DNA of 53,417 bases from a virus. Taxonomy: Duplodnaviria > Caudoviricetes. Every line of letters starts with the position of its first letter. Position 1 is the first letter of the stretch. The notes beneath the pieces were generated by a model. It searched no databases and had not been told where the DNA came from. It saw only the letters and a program-made list of their open reading frames with translations. Where the stretch lies: positions 1-53,417 of IMG/VR virus record IMGVR_UViG_3300015194_000001; one strand, given 5' to 3'. Below are positions 18,972-28,589 of this stretch, in pieces. The translations under genes and the position numbers were made by a program.

Positions 18972-19897
18972 GCGCGGTCCCAGCTATTGAAAAGTGTCAG
19001 CGCGAGTGTCTGCGACGCCAGCTTGGGCACACCGCCGCTGTCGAATGAGAACTGCCAGAAGGCCTGTGCATTCATAGTCGCCGCAGTGAAAGTGAAAGTC
19101 GATGCACCGATCGGGAAAGTTCCAGTGAAGCTCCGCGTCTTCGAGCCTGGCGTGTAGGCGTTGGCCACGACACTCGACCCAGTTGTCGAGCCTCCAGGCG
19201 AAGCCGCTCTCGTGCCGATGGAGCCTGCATAGCCCGTCATGCTGAGGCCACCACCTACATAGATACCGCTGATGCAGTTCATCCAGCTGCCGACGTTCGC
19301 CGGTCGGGCGACCCAACCGTAGGTGATGCCATTGATCACCACGGAGCCGCTTGCATCGGCTGCAGGCGGAAGGATTCGCTGGATGTAAGTGATGTCCAGC
19401 ACTTCAGTGCCGCCCACAGTGATCGTGGTCGGGGCGCCAACGCCGTCGAGAATCAAAGCACGAGCATAGAGACTCGTGCTGTACTTGACACCGACTTCAG
19501 TGATGTTGCCCGCAGCTACGCCTGCGGCGAATCGGTAGATGCTCGATCGCTGTCCGTATTCAGGCGACAGGTTGTAGCTAAGGACTGACGACAGGAACGA
19601 GCCGGCCGAAGAGATCTGCGCGACGAGCGCTGTGTCGGTATTCGCCGGCGCCGTCGAGCCAGTACCGACACAACATTGATTGATGTCGTAGCCGTTGCCG
19701 ATGAGATCAAGACCGGTATTGGTGATGAGGTTTGGCGAGCCGCCGTGCTCTTCTGCCATGCCGCGCAGGCGCATCGTCCCGGGAATGACGCCGCCCTTTC
19801 CATCTGACTCGTGCGTGTGCACGAGGAAGAAGCTTTTCATGCCGAAGCTCGGCATGTGAATGTGCGCCAGAGGGCGCTGTGAGGGCAGATAGATCAT
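18968..19897 (-). CDS. Tail fibre/collar-like structural protein
   Basis: NLITNTGLD..VGTGSTAP..TDTAL..FAAG.A.GNITEVG..ARAL..DITY; Gly/Ser/Thr-rich beta composition. Confidence 0.65.
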   Translation of the reverse strand: MIYLPSQRPLAHIHMPSFGMKSFFLVHTHESDGKGGVIPGTMRLRGMAEEHGGSPNLITNTGLDLIGNGYDINQCCVGTGSTAPANTDTALVAQISSAGSFLSSVLSYNLSPEYGQRSSIYRFAAGVAAGNITEVGVKYSTSLYARALILDGVGAPTTITVGGTEVLDITYIQRILPPAADASGSVVINGITYGWVARPANVGSWMNCISGIYVGGGLSMTGYAGSIGTRAASPGGSTTGSSVVANAYTPGSKTRSFTGTFPIGASTFTFTAATMNAQAFWQFSFDSGGVPKLASQTLALTLFNSWDRA

Positions 19898-20649
19898 GCG
19901 ATAACTCCTGAAACAACACCTGCAGATAGTGAGTACTGCTCAAACGGAATCGAGTAGCTCACCTGGCCATTGGCGATCAAACCCGACACAACTCCGGCGC
20001 TCAAGCTGTACTGCTCGAAAGGCCAGTTTGTGTAGGTTCGCAAAACATTGGTAATTGTGCCGCTGGTGACGCCGGCACTCAAAGCATATTGCTCAAGCGG
20101 CCAGTTGGTATAGGAGCGCAAGAGGGTAGTGAGCACGCCGCTGGTGACACCTGCTGTCATCGCGTACTGTTCAACCGGCGGCCACTGGAATGAGCCTTTC
20201 GGTGCGCCCACCGTCATGCCGTAGCTGTCGATGACGAGGGCGGGGTAGATGACAGACGCCAACCACACCTCGCCAGCGAGGAACGGTGGCAGCGCAGCGC
20301 CGCGCAATTCGGTGCCGACCGTCACGCGCCAATACTCGTGCCCGATCAGCTCCCAGTGCGGAGGCAGCAGGAAACGAACTACGCCGGTCGTGGCGACAGT
20401 GACGCGCGGCCAGTTGGCCTGGAACCAGCGGCCGCCCTCAAGCAGCGTGGTGGTCCACCACAGGTTGAACAGGACGGCCTGTGGCGCTGTGAATTCCCAC
20501 TGCAGATTCTCGTAGCCGAGAAAATCCGACTGCATCTGCGCAGCCTGCGGCATGCCTTCGGCAATGCTCGACAGCTTGCGGCGCTCGGCCGGCGACATGC
20601 CGACGACCGAAGGCGACGGCAATGACGGAGGGAAGACAACAGCGCCCAT
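19894..20649 (-). CDS. Distal-tail-like protein with C-terminal 26-aa repeats
   Basis: FP.SLP.P, F..WW...L..G.RWF N-domain; four P.EQY.(L/M).AGV.SG repeats. Confidence 0.65.
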   Translation of the reverse strand: MGAVVFPPSLPSPSVVGMSPAERRKLSSIAEGMPQAAQMQSDFLGYENLQWEFTAPQAVLFNLWWTTTLLEGGRWFQANWPRVTVATTGVVRFLLPPHWELIGHEYWRVTVGTELRGAALPPFLAGEVWLASVIYPALVIDSYGMTVGAPKGSFQWPPVEQYAMTAGVTSGVLTTLLRSYTNWPLEQYALSAGVTSGTITNVLRTYTNWPFEQYSLSAGVVSGLIANGQVSYSIPFEQYSLSAGVVSGVIA

Positions 20650-21003
20650 CTATCCTGCGTAGCCTGCCTGGCCGCCTCCGGTGTTGATCGCAGTTGGTTG
20701 AGGCGCAGCATCTACAGGGCGCCCTAGAGGAACGATAAGAACCGCTTTGCTAAGCAGCAACTGAACAGAGTTTTGGTTGGTATTGTTATCGGTCGTAGAT
20801 TGCGCGACGACAACCGACCTCGCCAAAAGATTGAGGATGGTGCTAGTTGACTGCGCAGCTTTTTGGTTCGTGTTGTTGTCAGTGGTCGACAAGGCCACGA
20901 TGACCGGGAAAGGCATGCCATTGACAAGTACGCTTCGCGACTGCGCCGCTTTTTGATTGGTGTTGTTGGCCGTCGTAGTCGGCGCTGCAGCGTAAGTCGA
21001 CAT
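20650..21003 (-). CDS. Small tail-region protein with three TT.NNTNQ repeats
   Basis: TTANNTNQKAAQS, TTDNNTNQKAAQS and TTDNNTNQNSVQL. Confidence 0.6.
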   Translation of the reverse strand: MSTYAAAPTTTANNTNQKAAQSRSVLVNGMPFPVIVALSTTDNNTNQKAAQSTSTILNLLARSVVVAQSTTDNNTNQNSVQLLLSKAVLIVPLGRPVDAAPQPTAINTGGGQAGYAG

Positions 21004-21006
21004 GGC

Positions 21007-21879
21007 TTATTCGTACAGCATCGCCAAGCCATAGCTGGCAAGGACGTGGTTGTTCAAGCCTGTGTTCCCCATCGCGAGATAGGTGTGAGCTGTCGCGCCA
21101 ACCATGTTGACTGAAAAAGTCGTGCCCCGCGGAATGTCATTGATGTTCACTCCCGCAGCGTAAAGGAACGGGAGTACATCCGGCACATTGACATAAGCCC
21201 CGTAAATTTGGTAATTGCCGGCAGCATCTGCACTACTGAGCGGCTCTCCGACGGCGGTACAAAACTTAGTCGTACCTGTCGTGACTGACGCTGTTGCGAT
21301 CAAACGACCAGAAATCATGGTCGGACTAGAAGCTAATCCAAAGGCAGACAGAAAGCCGTAACCCGTTGTCGTTGTAGCTCCGGTGCCATCCACTGTCTTT
21401 CCAAGAATGACAAAGCCTCCAGGATTGCTGTTGGCGCCTGGCATCGAGGCTTTCCAGCACATCGAAAAATGCCCGGCTGTGCGGCTGAAATAACTTGGAA
21501 AATTCACCAGTGTGCTAGACGGAAGACTTCCGCAAGTGATAATTGTCCGAGCTGAGATAGCGCTGCCACCTGTGATCGTGCCGCTGCCGTTGCTGCCAGT
21601 GCCTACAGTCATCCACATCGACGGATAGCCTGCACCGTTTGGCCCCGTCCCGTACTCCATCTTGAAGTAGATAGTCGAGTCAGCGAAGCGCCAGATTTCA
21701 TAGCCGCCAACACTACTCGCTGTAGAGCTGTAAACCACAGTCGTCCAGTTGATCTGACCTGTGTCAGCCGTAGCCACCAGTCCAATCGCTGCAAGCTGCG
21801 TGCTGACTTCTAGCCCCCATGCGCGAAAGCCAGTCGTGCTGGTGTGGTCGATAGGCGTCAGAGTGGTAGTGGTCGTCAT
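21007..21879 (-). CDS. Tail-associated structural protein
   Basis: Gly/Ser/Thr-rich 290-aa ORF in the tail block, AGGGAG upstream. Confidence 0.6.
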   Translation of the reverse strand: MTTTTTLTPIDHTSTTGFRAWGLEVSTQLAAIGLVATADTGQINWTTVVYSSTASSVGGYEIWRFADSTIYFKMEYGTGPNGAGYPSMWMTVGTGSNGSGTITGGSAISARTIITCGSLPSSTLVNFPSYFSRTAGHFSMCWKASMPGANSNPGGFVILGKTVDGTGATTTTGYGFLSAFGLASSPTMISGRLIATASVTTGTTKFCTAVGEPLSSADAAGNYQIYGAYVNVPDVLPFLYAAGVNINDIPRGTTFSVNMVGATAHTYLAMGNTGLNNHVLASYGLAMLYE

Positions 21880-23079
21880 TTATGTCTCCCTGAAGTGGAG
21901 TTTGATTGCGATGAGAGTGAAGACAGAAGTTGCGTCAACGTGAAGAACTGCGACGTCACCAGCTGCAAACGCCTTTGTCCACCCGGTGAGTGTAGTGTCA
22001 ACGTAGGTCTTCGCTGCCGTTATTACCGGCTTCGCTGCAGCGCAGATGCTGTTCGCTGAACTCGGCGGGTAGCTACCGATCGGCACCTTGTAGACGTCAA
22101 GCTGGCAAGAGCCCACGCCTCCGAGGGTGACGATAGAGACACCCACAAGCACGCGCGCTCGCAGGAAGTAAATCGGGATGTCATTGACACCAACTGTGAG
22201 AGCTCCTGACGACGCGACCCACGTACCCTTCTCGTCCGGATACGTGAGTCCCTGCGTGATTGCAGCTGCGATCGCATTGCCGAAGCCTGCTGCGCTGCCC
22301 ACCGAAGGGTTGATCGGCACGCCAGAGACTGTCGAAGATCCTGCAGCCGTGCCTGTGTAACCGGTTGCCGACACTCCAGTCGCCGTCGACGTGCCTGCGG
22401 CGCTGCCTACTGGCGCCGGAGGAAAGTAGACGCCGGCCAGCAAGGCCAGCAGACAGCCGCCAGCGAGCACACCGCCTGCGGCCGCTGTGACGGGCAGCAA
22501 CGCGAACGTACAGCCGCCAGAGAGCGGCTGCAGCACCGTCAATGAGGCACTGCCGGTCAGCGCGAAGGTCGCGCCACCCGTCAGCGCGGACGATTGAGCC
22601 GGGCTGACGGTGCTGCCCTCTCCGAAGAGGACCAGCTTCATGGTGATCCGCCACCATGAACCTCCCAAGAACTCTGTCGAGTACGGCTTTTGCCCAATTG
22701 AACCCGAGACCCGCGCCTTGTACCAAAGCGTGCCTGGTCCCTGGTTGGCTACCTGAGCGGAGAAGAAAGCAGTGCCCGCGCCGAGCGCGTTCTCAAACCA
22801 GCTAACGAAGTCAGCCAGGCCGGCCTGCGTAACCTCGAGGCTGACTCCTGCCAGGCGCGGCGTCGCGAGGTAGAGGCGCCGGCGTCGCGACGCACCGGTC
22901 TGCATAGGCGTGTCGCCGAACATCGGCTGCTTGTCGAGCGAGTGGCCCTCGCGGCGGAATGGGCCGCAGCTATCCGGAATGGTTAGCGACGGCAGCGCAG
23001 CGGCTCCTGCCGGCGCTGGCGCCGTCAGAAACGCTTTCGCCGTCGATACGCCGGCTGCTGAACCTACGCTACCCGGCAT
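21880..23079 (-). CDS. Distal-tail-like protein with GSAAG repeats and a C-terminal beta domain
   Basis: Directly follows tape measure; M.TG..RRRR.Y, F..WF...L..G..FF N-domain; GSAAGTSTATGVS repeats. Confidence 0.7.
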   Translation of the reverse strand: MPGSVGSAAGVSTAKAFLTAPAPAGAAALPSLTIPDSCGPFRREGHSLDKQPMFGDTPMQTGASRRRRLYLATPRLAGVSLEVTQAGLADFVSWFENALGAGTAFFSAQVANQGPGTLWYKARVSGSIGQKPYSTEFLGGSWWRITMKLVLFGEGSTVSPAQSSALTGGATFALTGSASLTVLQPLSGGCTFALLPVTAAAGGVLAGGCLLALLAGVYFPPAPVGSAAGTSTATGVSATGYTGTAAGSSTVSGVPINPSVGSAAGFGNAIAAAITQGLTYPDEKGTWVASSGALTVGVNDIPIYFLRARVLVGVSIVTLGGVGSCQLDVYKVPIGSYPPSSANSICAAAKPVITAAKTYVDTTLTGWTKAFAAGDVAVLHVDATSVFTLIAIKLHFRET

Positions 23080-26000
23080 CAGCGCCGCGGCAAGCCTGCC
23101 GCCCTATTGCTGCCGTACGTGCTCTCGATCGCTGAACCGACCTTGCCGCCGCCGGCGATGCTGTTGGCCACCTCGTCAACAGCAGCGTCGATGATGAAGC
23201 GAATCTCACGCGAGCCGTCACCCTTCTTGGTCTCGCGCGTCTTCACCTGACCGCCGCTGTGGTTCTCGACCACGACCGAGACCGGCGCAGCTTGCTGGCC
23301 GCCGCCGGTGTAGGCGACGCCGAGCGAGCCATCAGCGCCACGCTTGAGGGGCATGACAGCCTCGGGTCCGGCTTCGCCCATCTCGCCAATCGCCGCGCCG
23401 CCGCCGAACGAGAAGCGCGTAGGCTGCGAGAAGGTACGGTTGGTGAACGGGCTGCCCTTGGCAAAGCCGAAGACAGCGCCCAGCGCTGCACCGCCGGCGG
23501 TCGGCAAGCCGACAACACCAGAGCCGCTGCCGATGCCGTAGCCGCCTCTGTCGACCGTCAGACCGCTGTCGCCACCACCGCCGAGCAGGCGCGCGAGTGT
23601 GTCAAAACCTCCACCGCCTGACGCACCCTGGCGCATGTTCAACAGCGCCATCGACGCTTCGCCGACGGCTTCAATCAGGCGCGCGAATGCAGTCGTCGCC
23701 GGCTGCACACCGAGGTTGTTCATGGTGTCGAGTGCGCCAGCCGTCCGCTGCGCCGCGAGCGCAGCAGGATCCACCGTCGCCTGCGGCCGCGCGCCGAAGA
23801 TGCCCTCAGCGACTTGCTTGCCCAGCGCAGCCATCGCAGGTGCGACAGTCGACTGGTACATATTCTTGATCAGGATGTCCCTGATCGAATTGAGCATCTC
23901 GGTCGCGCTGAGCTTGCCTGTCGTCGCGAGTCGAGTGAACGCGGTCTCTCCCGTCGAGATAACCGCCGACACCGTGGCGTCGTACATCTCGGTCATGCGC
24001 TGTTGGACATTACTCCAACCGTCGATGAGAGTCTGCCACTGGGGCTTCAGTCGATCGACAATCGACTGTGCAGCAAAGGTGCCAGCTGTCTTCGCGCTCT
24101 GCTCCAGGCGCGTGACTGATCCCTGCAGCTGATCGACTGCATCGCTTGCCGCTTCAATCTTCTCCGCAGAGCCAGCACCGAAGTCGTTAGCCGCGCTCGT
24201 GTTCGGCTTGGTCTGCAGATCCTTGAGGTACTGCTGCGCTGCCGTCAGCTGCACCTTCTGCTTGTTGATCTCGTCGGTGTACTTGCCGGCTGCCGCAAGG
24301 CGCGCGTTCTCCACCTGCTGTTGGTCGAGCGTCAGCGTCAGGATGCTCTTCTTGACGTCGGCTTCCTGATTGGCAAGCACGAGCGCAGCCATCTGCTGCG
24401 TGATGAACTTACTGGTGTCAGCTTCGAGCTTGAAGTCACGTGCCTTCTGTTCCTCTTGCGTGATCTGCTGTGCAAGCAAGAGCTGGCTCTGCAGCGAGCG
24501 CAGATGAATCAGCTCCTTCTCCTCTTCGCCGATTGCACGTTGGTCCTTGTTCTTGTCGGGCCGACTCTGAAGCACCTTGAGCGCGCTCTCACGCTCTGAG
24601 ATATAGCCTTGCAGGTGCGCAATGCGAGTCGCAAATTGAGCCTGTTCGCGAGCCGTCTGCTCGAGCGTGTATTGGATGTCCGACGTCTGCCCACTCGTGT
24701 GGCGGATCGTTTCGATCTTGTTGATCTGGTCGTAGTGTTTCTTCAGCTCCGCTTCTTCTGCGGTGTAGATCAGCTTCAGCGCACCGAGCTTGTCGCCGGC
24801 CGCTTGCAGGCTGCGGTCTTTATCGATCTTGAACTGGCTGTTACCGCTCGGCGTGACAGGCTGACTCGGTTTGTCCAGCCGGTTGGCTTCCATCTGCGAA
24901 GCGCGCAGCACGTCCTGCGCAAGCTGAAGATCTTTCTTCTGCTGGATCTGCGATTCCGTCAGCCGAACGCCAGCTCGCAGGGTCGTGTTGTACTCACCCT
25001 CAAGCTGATTGACACGCCGCTGCGCAACCTCGCGGTTATGCGTAGCGTTAAGGAACAGATCCTCAGAGAAGGAGGGGTTGGCAGGCCGCGAACTCAGGTC
25101 CGCTCGCGCAGCGTCAAGCTCGCGCTGCTTGGACTCTCTCTGCGCCTTCTGCTCGTCGCTCGCCTTCAGCTGCGCTTGTTGCATATCCGACTGAGCCTGA
25201 ACACCCGCCATGCGGATGTCAGCTTCACGCGCGCTCACACCTTCGCGCAAAAGCTGATTACGTGCGTCAATCTTGTCGGACTCAGCCTCGAGCGCCTTGA
25301 TGATCTCGTCGGTCTTCAGTTTGGCGATGTCAGCCGCGCTGGTCACAGACGTTGCTGTCGTCGACTTGTAGTACAGCCACGCCGCAGCGATTCCGCCAAG
25401 CACGAGACCGATGAGACCCATCGACGCTTGCAGAGCGGTGAAGCCAGTTGCTGCGAGCAGAGTCGCGCCGCGCAGCCCCACCATGATCCCGGAGAGTGCA
25501 GACAGCGACGCACCGATCGCAGAAAAGACTGCTGCGCCGATGAGCGCGCCCTTCCAAACCAGCCACGCCTTCGCGACGTCAAGGATCGTGCTGAGGTTCT
25601 GCGCCAGGAACACAGTGAGATTGCCGACAGCCTCGACGATGCCTGTCAAACCTGCCTTGAACTCTGACGAATTGAAGGTGTCACGCAGAGTCTTCGAGAC
25701 CGAGAGGATCGTCGGCTCGAGATCTTGAAATGCCTGTACCAGCGAGCCCTGGAAGGCCGCCGCCACAGACTTCATCTGGTTCTCTGCAGTCAGCGACAAC
25801 GCGGCCATCGCGATGATCGCGAAGCCGTAGGACTCGTTGATCTGCTTGAACGTCTGCTCAGCTTGCGTGACGATCTTGCCTGACTCGTCAGTGATGTTCT
25901 TGCCCTGCTCGTCAGTCGCAGGCTTGAACATCGCGGACATGATCGCGCCTTCGGCGCGCTGTCCACGATTGTTGAAAGCGGCTGCAACAGCAGCAATCTT

Positions 26001-28190
26001 TTGCTCGCCTGTGTACTTCGCCAGAGACTTCGACAGATCCTCGTAGATGGCAATCAACGGACGCATACGCGTCACACCATCGATAGTCTCCATCGTGGAG
26101 ACGTGGAATTGCTTGAGAGCGTCGGTGCCTTTCTTCGTGGTGCCAGCAAGGCCTGCATACATCTGCGTCATCGCAGTACCGGCAGCTTGATTGCGAATGC
26201 CGATGTTGTTGACGAGGGCCAAGCCCATCGCCATGTCCTCCAGCGAGACTCCATATTGCTGGGCAACAACCGAAGACACGCGGAAGGATTCCGTCATGCC
26301 TTGGACACTCGACATCGAGATCGCGGCGGTCTTTGCGATAACGTCGTTGACCCGGCTGAACTGCCCAGCCGAGTAGCCATAGGCCGTCGAGATCGCAACG
26401 AGAGATTCAGCTGCTTTCTGCGCAGGCATCTCGCCCACGATCGACAGCGTCAGCGCATCTTTGACAGTTGTCGACACCTGAGCTGCTGTCAAGCCAGCCA
26501 GCGACAGTGCCTTCATCGCCTCTGCGACTTCCCTCGGACCCTGTGGCCCGTTCGAAGATAGCGCCAGCAAGCGCGCGCGCAGGTTGTCGATCGCCTGCGA
26601 GGTCTCTTCGCTCTGCTCCTTGATCACGGCCAAGGTCTGTTCGACCTCTGAGCCGACCTTGACCGTTTGCACAAACGCATTCGACAGCGCGGCACCAGCC
26701 AGCAGCGGCAGGACGCTGCCGTAGGTCAGGAACATCGCGCCGAAGCCTGACGCAAGGCCGCGAGCCGCAGCGTGCGCCTCGTTCATGCCTGTGCTGATCA
26801 GCTTCAGCTTGGGTACATGCTCTTCTGCTGCTGCTGCCGCCTGTTTGTGCGCTGTACGCAGAGAGTCGATGCTGGTCGCTGCCTGGGCCGCGGCGACAGC
26901 CGTCTCGCCGAAATTCTGCTTTACTGCAGCGAGTGGAATACCTTGATCGAGCTGGGAGCGCGCCCCGAGCTGCGCGCTGTTCCGCGTTCCAGTGCCCGCT
27001 GCGTTGTAGCGAGCCTCCGCAGTCTTGACGCGCAGTGCCTCAGCCTCGAAAGCTGCCGCAGTACGCGCAGCGGCCGCGCGAATCGCGGCCTCGTCTTTTG
27101 CAGCCTTATCCGCGACAGCCACAGCCAGAGCATCGGCCGCAGCAAGGCCACTCGCGAGTGCGGCATCCGCCTCTTGCGCTGCAGCCAAGCGGATGCGGTT
27201 GCCTTCGCGCTCCATCGCACCAAAGCCGCGCGCCGTCTGCAGGGAGATCTTCCCCATCTCCGCAGCCGAGCTCGACTCGTACAGCGTCCAAGCCGCTTCC
27301 TTACTGGCAGCGATCTGCGCAGCGGTCTGCGCGAAGTTCGCTGTGGCCATTTGCTTGAAAACGCCATCGGCAGCGGCAAGCTGGCCAGCACGCGCGATCG
27401 CCGCGGCGCGCGTGGCGTTGCTCGTGTCAGCAAAGGAGTCGGCGGCAGAGATGCCTGACGCTGCAGCCTTGTTCGCTTCAGCCACGCTGCGCGCACGTTG
27501 CGCTGCCAGTTGCTTCTCGATCGCGGCAAACCCAGCAAAACCCTGCACCTGAGCGCGCTCGATCTCAAGGTTGGCGAGACGATCAGCTTCGATCCAGGCT
27601 GCGGCTTTAGCCGCCGCGGCCTGATCGGCCATCTGCTTCTGATGCTGTGCGTAGGCCGCACCGATCTCACTGTCGGCTGCCGTCGACACCAACTGCCTCG
27701 ACGGGTTGCTGACTTGCCCCAGCGTGCGGTTAGCCTGCGACTGCACCGCGGCGATCGCAGCGATACGCTGGCGGTCAGCTTCAACGATCTGCACGCCGCC
27801 GGCGCGGATCTGAGCCAGCTCAGTGGCGGTGAACTGCGCCCGCTGTTGAATGGCCTGGTCGTAGAGAGCCTGGTTCTGTGCGCGCTCTTGCTGTGCAAGG
27901 CTGCGCTGGCGCGCGGCGCCAGCCTGCTGCTCGCCAGCAACCTTGGCGAAGCCGCCCTTGATCGTCTCGGCCAGATCTGCGAACGCGGTCTGAAGACCCG
28001 CGCCCGAGTTGGCCATGTCCTTGCGCAGGAGCTTGAGCTGATCGTTGGCGCCTGTCAGGTTCGACAGATCAGGCTTCCCAGCCTTCAGCGCCGACAGGTT
28101 GGTACGCAGCGAGGCAAGCTCGGCATTGAGCTTGGCGAGGGTCTCCTGACCGGCTGCGCTTACCCCTAGCTGAAGTGACGGCCCGGCCAT
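23079..28190 (-). CDS. Tail tape measure protein (1703 aa)
   Basis: Long Ala-rich helical ORF after the tail chaperones; TP901-type core and lambda-like GEMGEAGPEAVMPLKRGADGSLGV C-terminus. Confidence 0.93.
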   Translation of the reverse strand: MAGPSLQLGVSAAGQETLAKLNAELASLRTNLSALKAGKPDLSNLTGANDQLKLLRKDMANSGAGLQTAFADLAETIKGGFAKVAGEQQAGAARQRSLAQQERAQNQALYDQAIQQRAQFTATELAQIRAGGVQIVEADRQRIAAIAAVQSQANRTLGQVSNPSRQLVSTAADSEIGAAYAQHQKQMADQAAAAKAAAWIEADRLANLEIERAQVQGFAGFAAIEKQLAAQRARSVAEANKAAASGISAADSFADTSNATRAAAIARAGQLAAADGVFKQMATANFAQTAAQIAASKEAAWTLYESSSAAEMGKISLQTARGFGAMEREGNRIRLAAAQEADAALASGLAAADALAVAVADKAAKDEAAIRAAAARTAAAFEAEALRVKTAEARYNAAGTGTRNSAQLGARSQLDQGIPLAAVKQNFGETAVAAAQAATSIDSLRTAHKQAAAAAEEHVPKLKLISTGMNEAHAAARGLASGFGAMFLTYGSVLPLLAGAALSNAFVQTVKVGSEVEQTLAVIKEQSEETSQAIDNLRARLLALSSNGPQGPREVAEAMKALSLAGLTAAQVSTTVKDALTLSIVGEMPAQKAAESLVAISTAYGYSAGQFSRVNDVIAKTAAISMSSVQGMTESFRVSSVVAQQYGVSLEDMAMGLALVNNIGIRNQAAGTAMTQMYAGLAGTTKKGTDALKQFHVSTMETIDGVTRMRPLIAIYEDLSKSLAKYTGEQKIAAVAAAFNNRGQRAEGAIMSAMFKPATDEQGKNITDESGKIVTQAEQTFKQINESYGFAIIAMAALSLTAENQMKSVAAAFQGSLVQAFQDLEPTILSVSKTLRDTFNSSEFKAGLTGIVEAVGNLTVFLAQNLSTILDVAKAWLVWKGALIGAAVFSAIGASLSALSGIMVGLRGATLLAATGFTALQASMGLIGLVLGGIAAAWLYYKSTTATSVTSAADIAKLKTDEIIKALEAESDKIDARNQLLREGVSAREADIRMAGVQAQSDMQQAQLKASDEQKAQRESKQRELDAARADLSSRPANPSFSEDLFLNATHNREVAQRRVNQLEGEYNTTLRAGVRLTESQIQQKKDLQLAQDVLRASQMEANRLDKPSQPVTPSGNSQFKIDKDRSLQAAGDKLGALKLIYTAEEAELKKHYDQINKIETIRHTSGQTSDIQYTLEQTAREQAQFATRIAHLQGYISERESALKVLQSRPDKNKDQRAIGEEEKELIHLRSLQSQLLLAQQITQEEQKARDFKLEADTSKFITQQMAALVLANQEADVKKSILTLTLDQQQVENARLAAAGKYTDEINKQKVQLTAAQQYLKDLQTKPNTSAANDFGAGSAEKIEAASDAVDQLQGSVTRLEQSAKTAGTFAAQSIVDRLKPQWQTLIDGWSNVQQRMTEMYDATVSAVISTGETAFTRLATTGKLSATEMLNSIRDILIKNMYQSTVAPAMAALGKQVAEGIFGARPQATVDPAALAAQRTAGALDTMNNLGVQPATTAFARLIEAVGEASMALLNMRQGASGGGGFDTLARLLGGGGDSGLTVDRGGYGIGSGSGVVGLPTAGGAALGAVFGFAKGSPFTNRTFSQPTRFSFGGGAAIGEMGEAGPEAVMPLKRGADGSLGVAYTGGGQQAAPVSVVVENHSGGQVKTRETKKGDGSREIRFIIDAAVDEVANSIAGGGKVGSAIESTYGSNRAAGLPRR

Positions 28191-28193
28191 TGC

Positions 28194-28589
28194 TTACCCC
28201 TTCGGCGGATTATCAGGCGCGGCGCTGGTGGCAACAACTGCAGAGATGGTTCCCTTGTCATTCGCCTTTGCCACCGATGCCAAATATGCGCCGTCGAGGC
28301 GCTGCATGGTGGCCAGGAAGTCGGCGCGCTCATCAGTCACCGTAATGGCGAAAAGCTGGCAGTAGGCCGCGATGTCGCTGATCGTGATCGGCAGCGGACC
28401 GTTCATGCCGTACTGACGGCTCGATGACAGGACGTTGAAGGCCTGCATCAGCTGGCCCCCAAGGTCGTGCATCTCAGGGCGGGAAGCGAGACCCTTGGGC
28501 ATGATGCCCATGTCGTCGCGGAGTGCCTCAAGGTACGCCAGCTCACGGCCCCACGTGAGCTGCCACTCGAGGCACTCGATCAGTTTCCC
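28194..28589 (-). CDS. Tail assembly chaperone, -1 frameshift extension (gpGT-like)
   Basis: -1 frame from GGGAAAC reads KLIECLEWQLTWGRELAYLEALRDDMGIMP and continues into the ORF with F..LSSSRQYGMNGPLPI..SDI.AY. Confidence 0.8.
   Translation of the reverse strand, partial: GKLIECLEWQLTWGRELAYLEALRDDMGIMPKGLASRPEMHDLGGQLMQAFNVLSSSRQYGMNGPLPITISDIAAYCQLFAITVTDERADFLATMQRLDGAYLASVAKANDKGTISAVVATSAAPDNPPKG

Noticed and set aside
14463-23079. Diversity-generating retroelement or invertible tail-fibre cassette
   Set aside because: No reverse transcriptase, no adenine-variant template/variable repeat pair and no invertase seen
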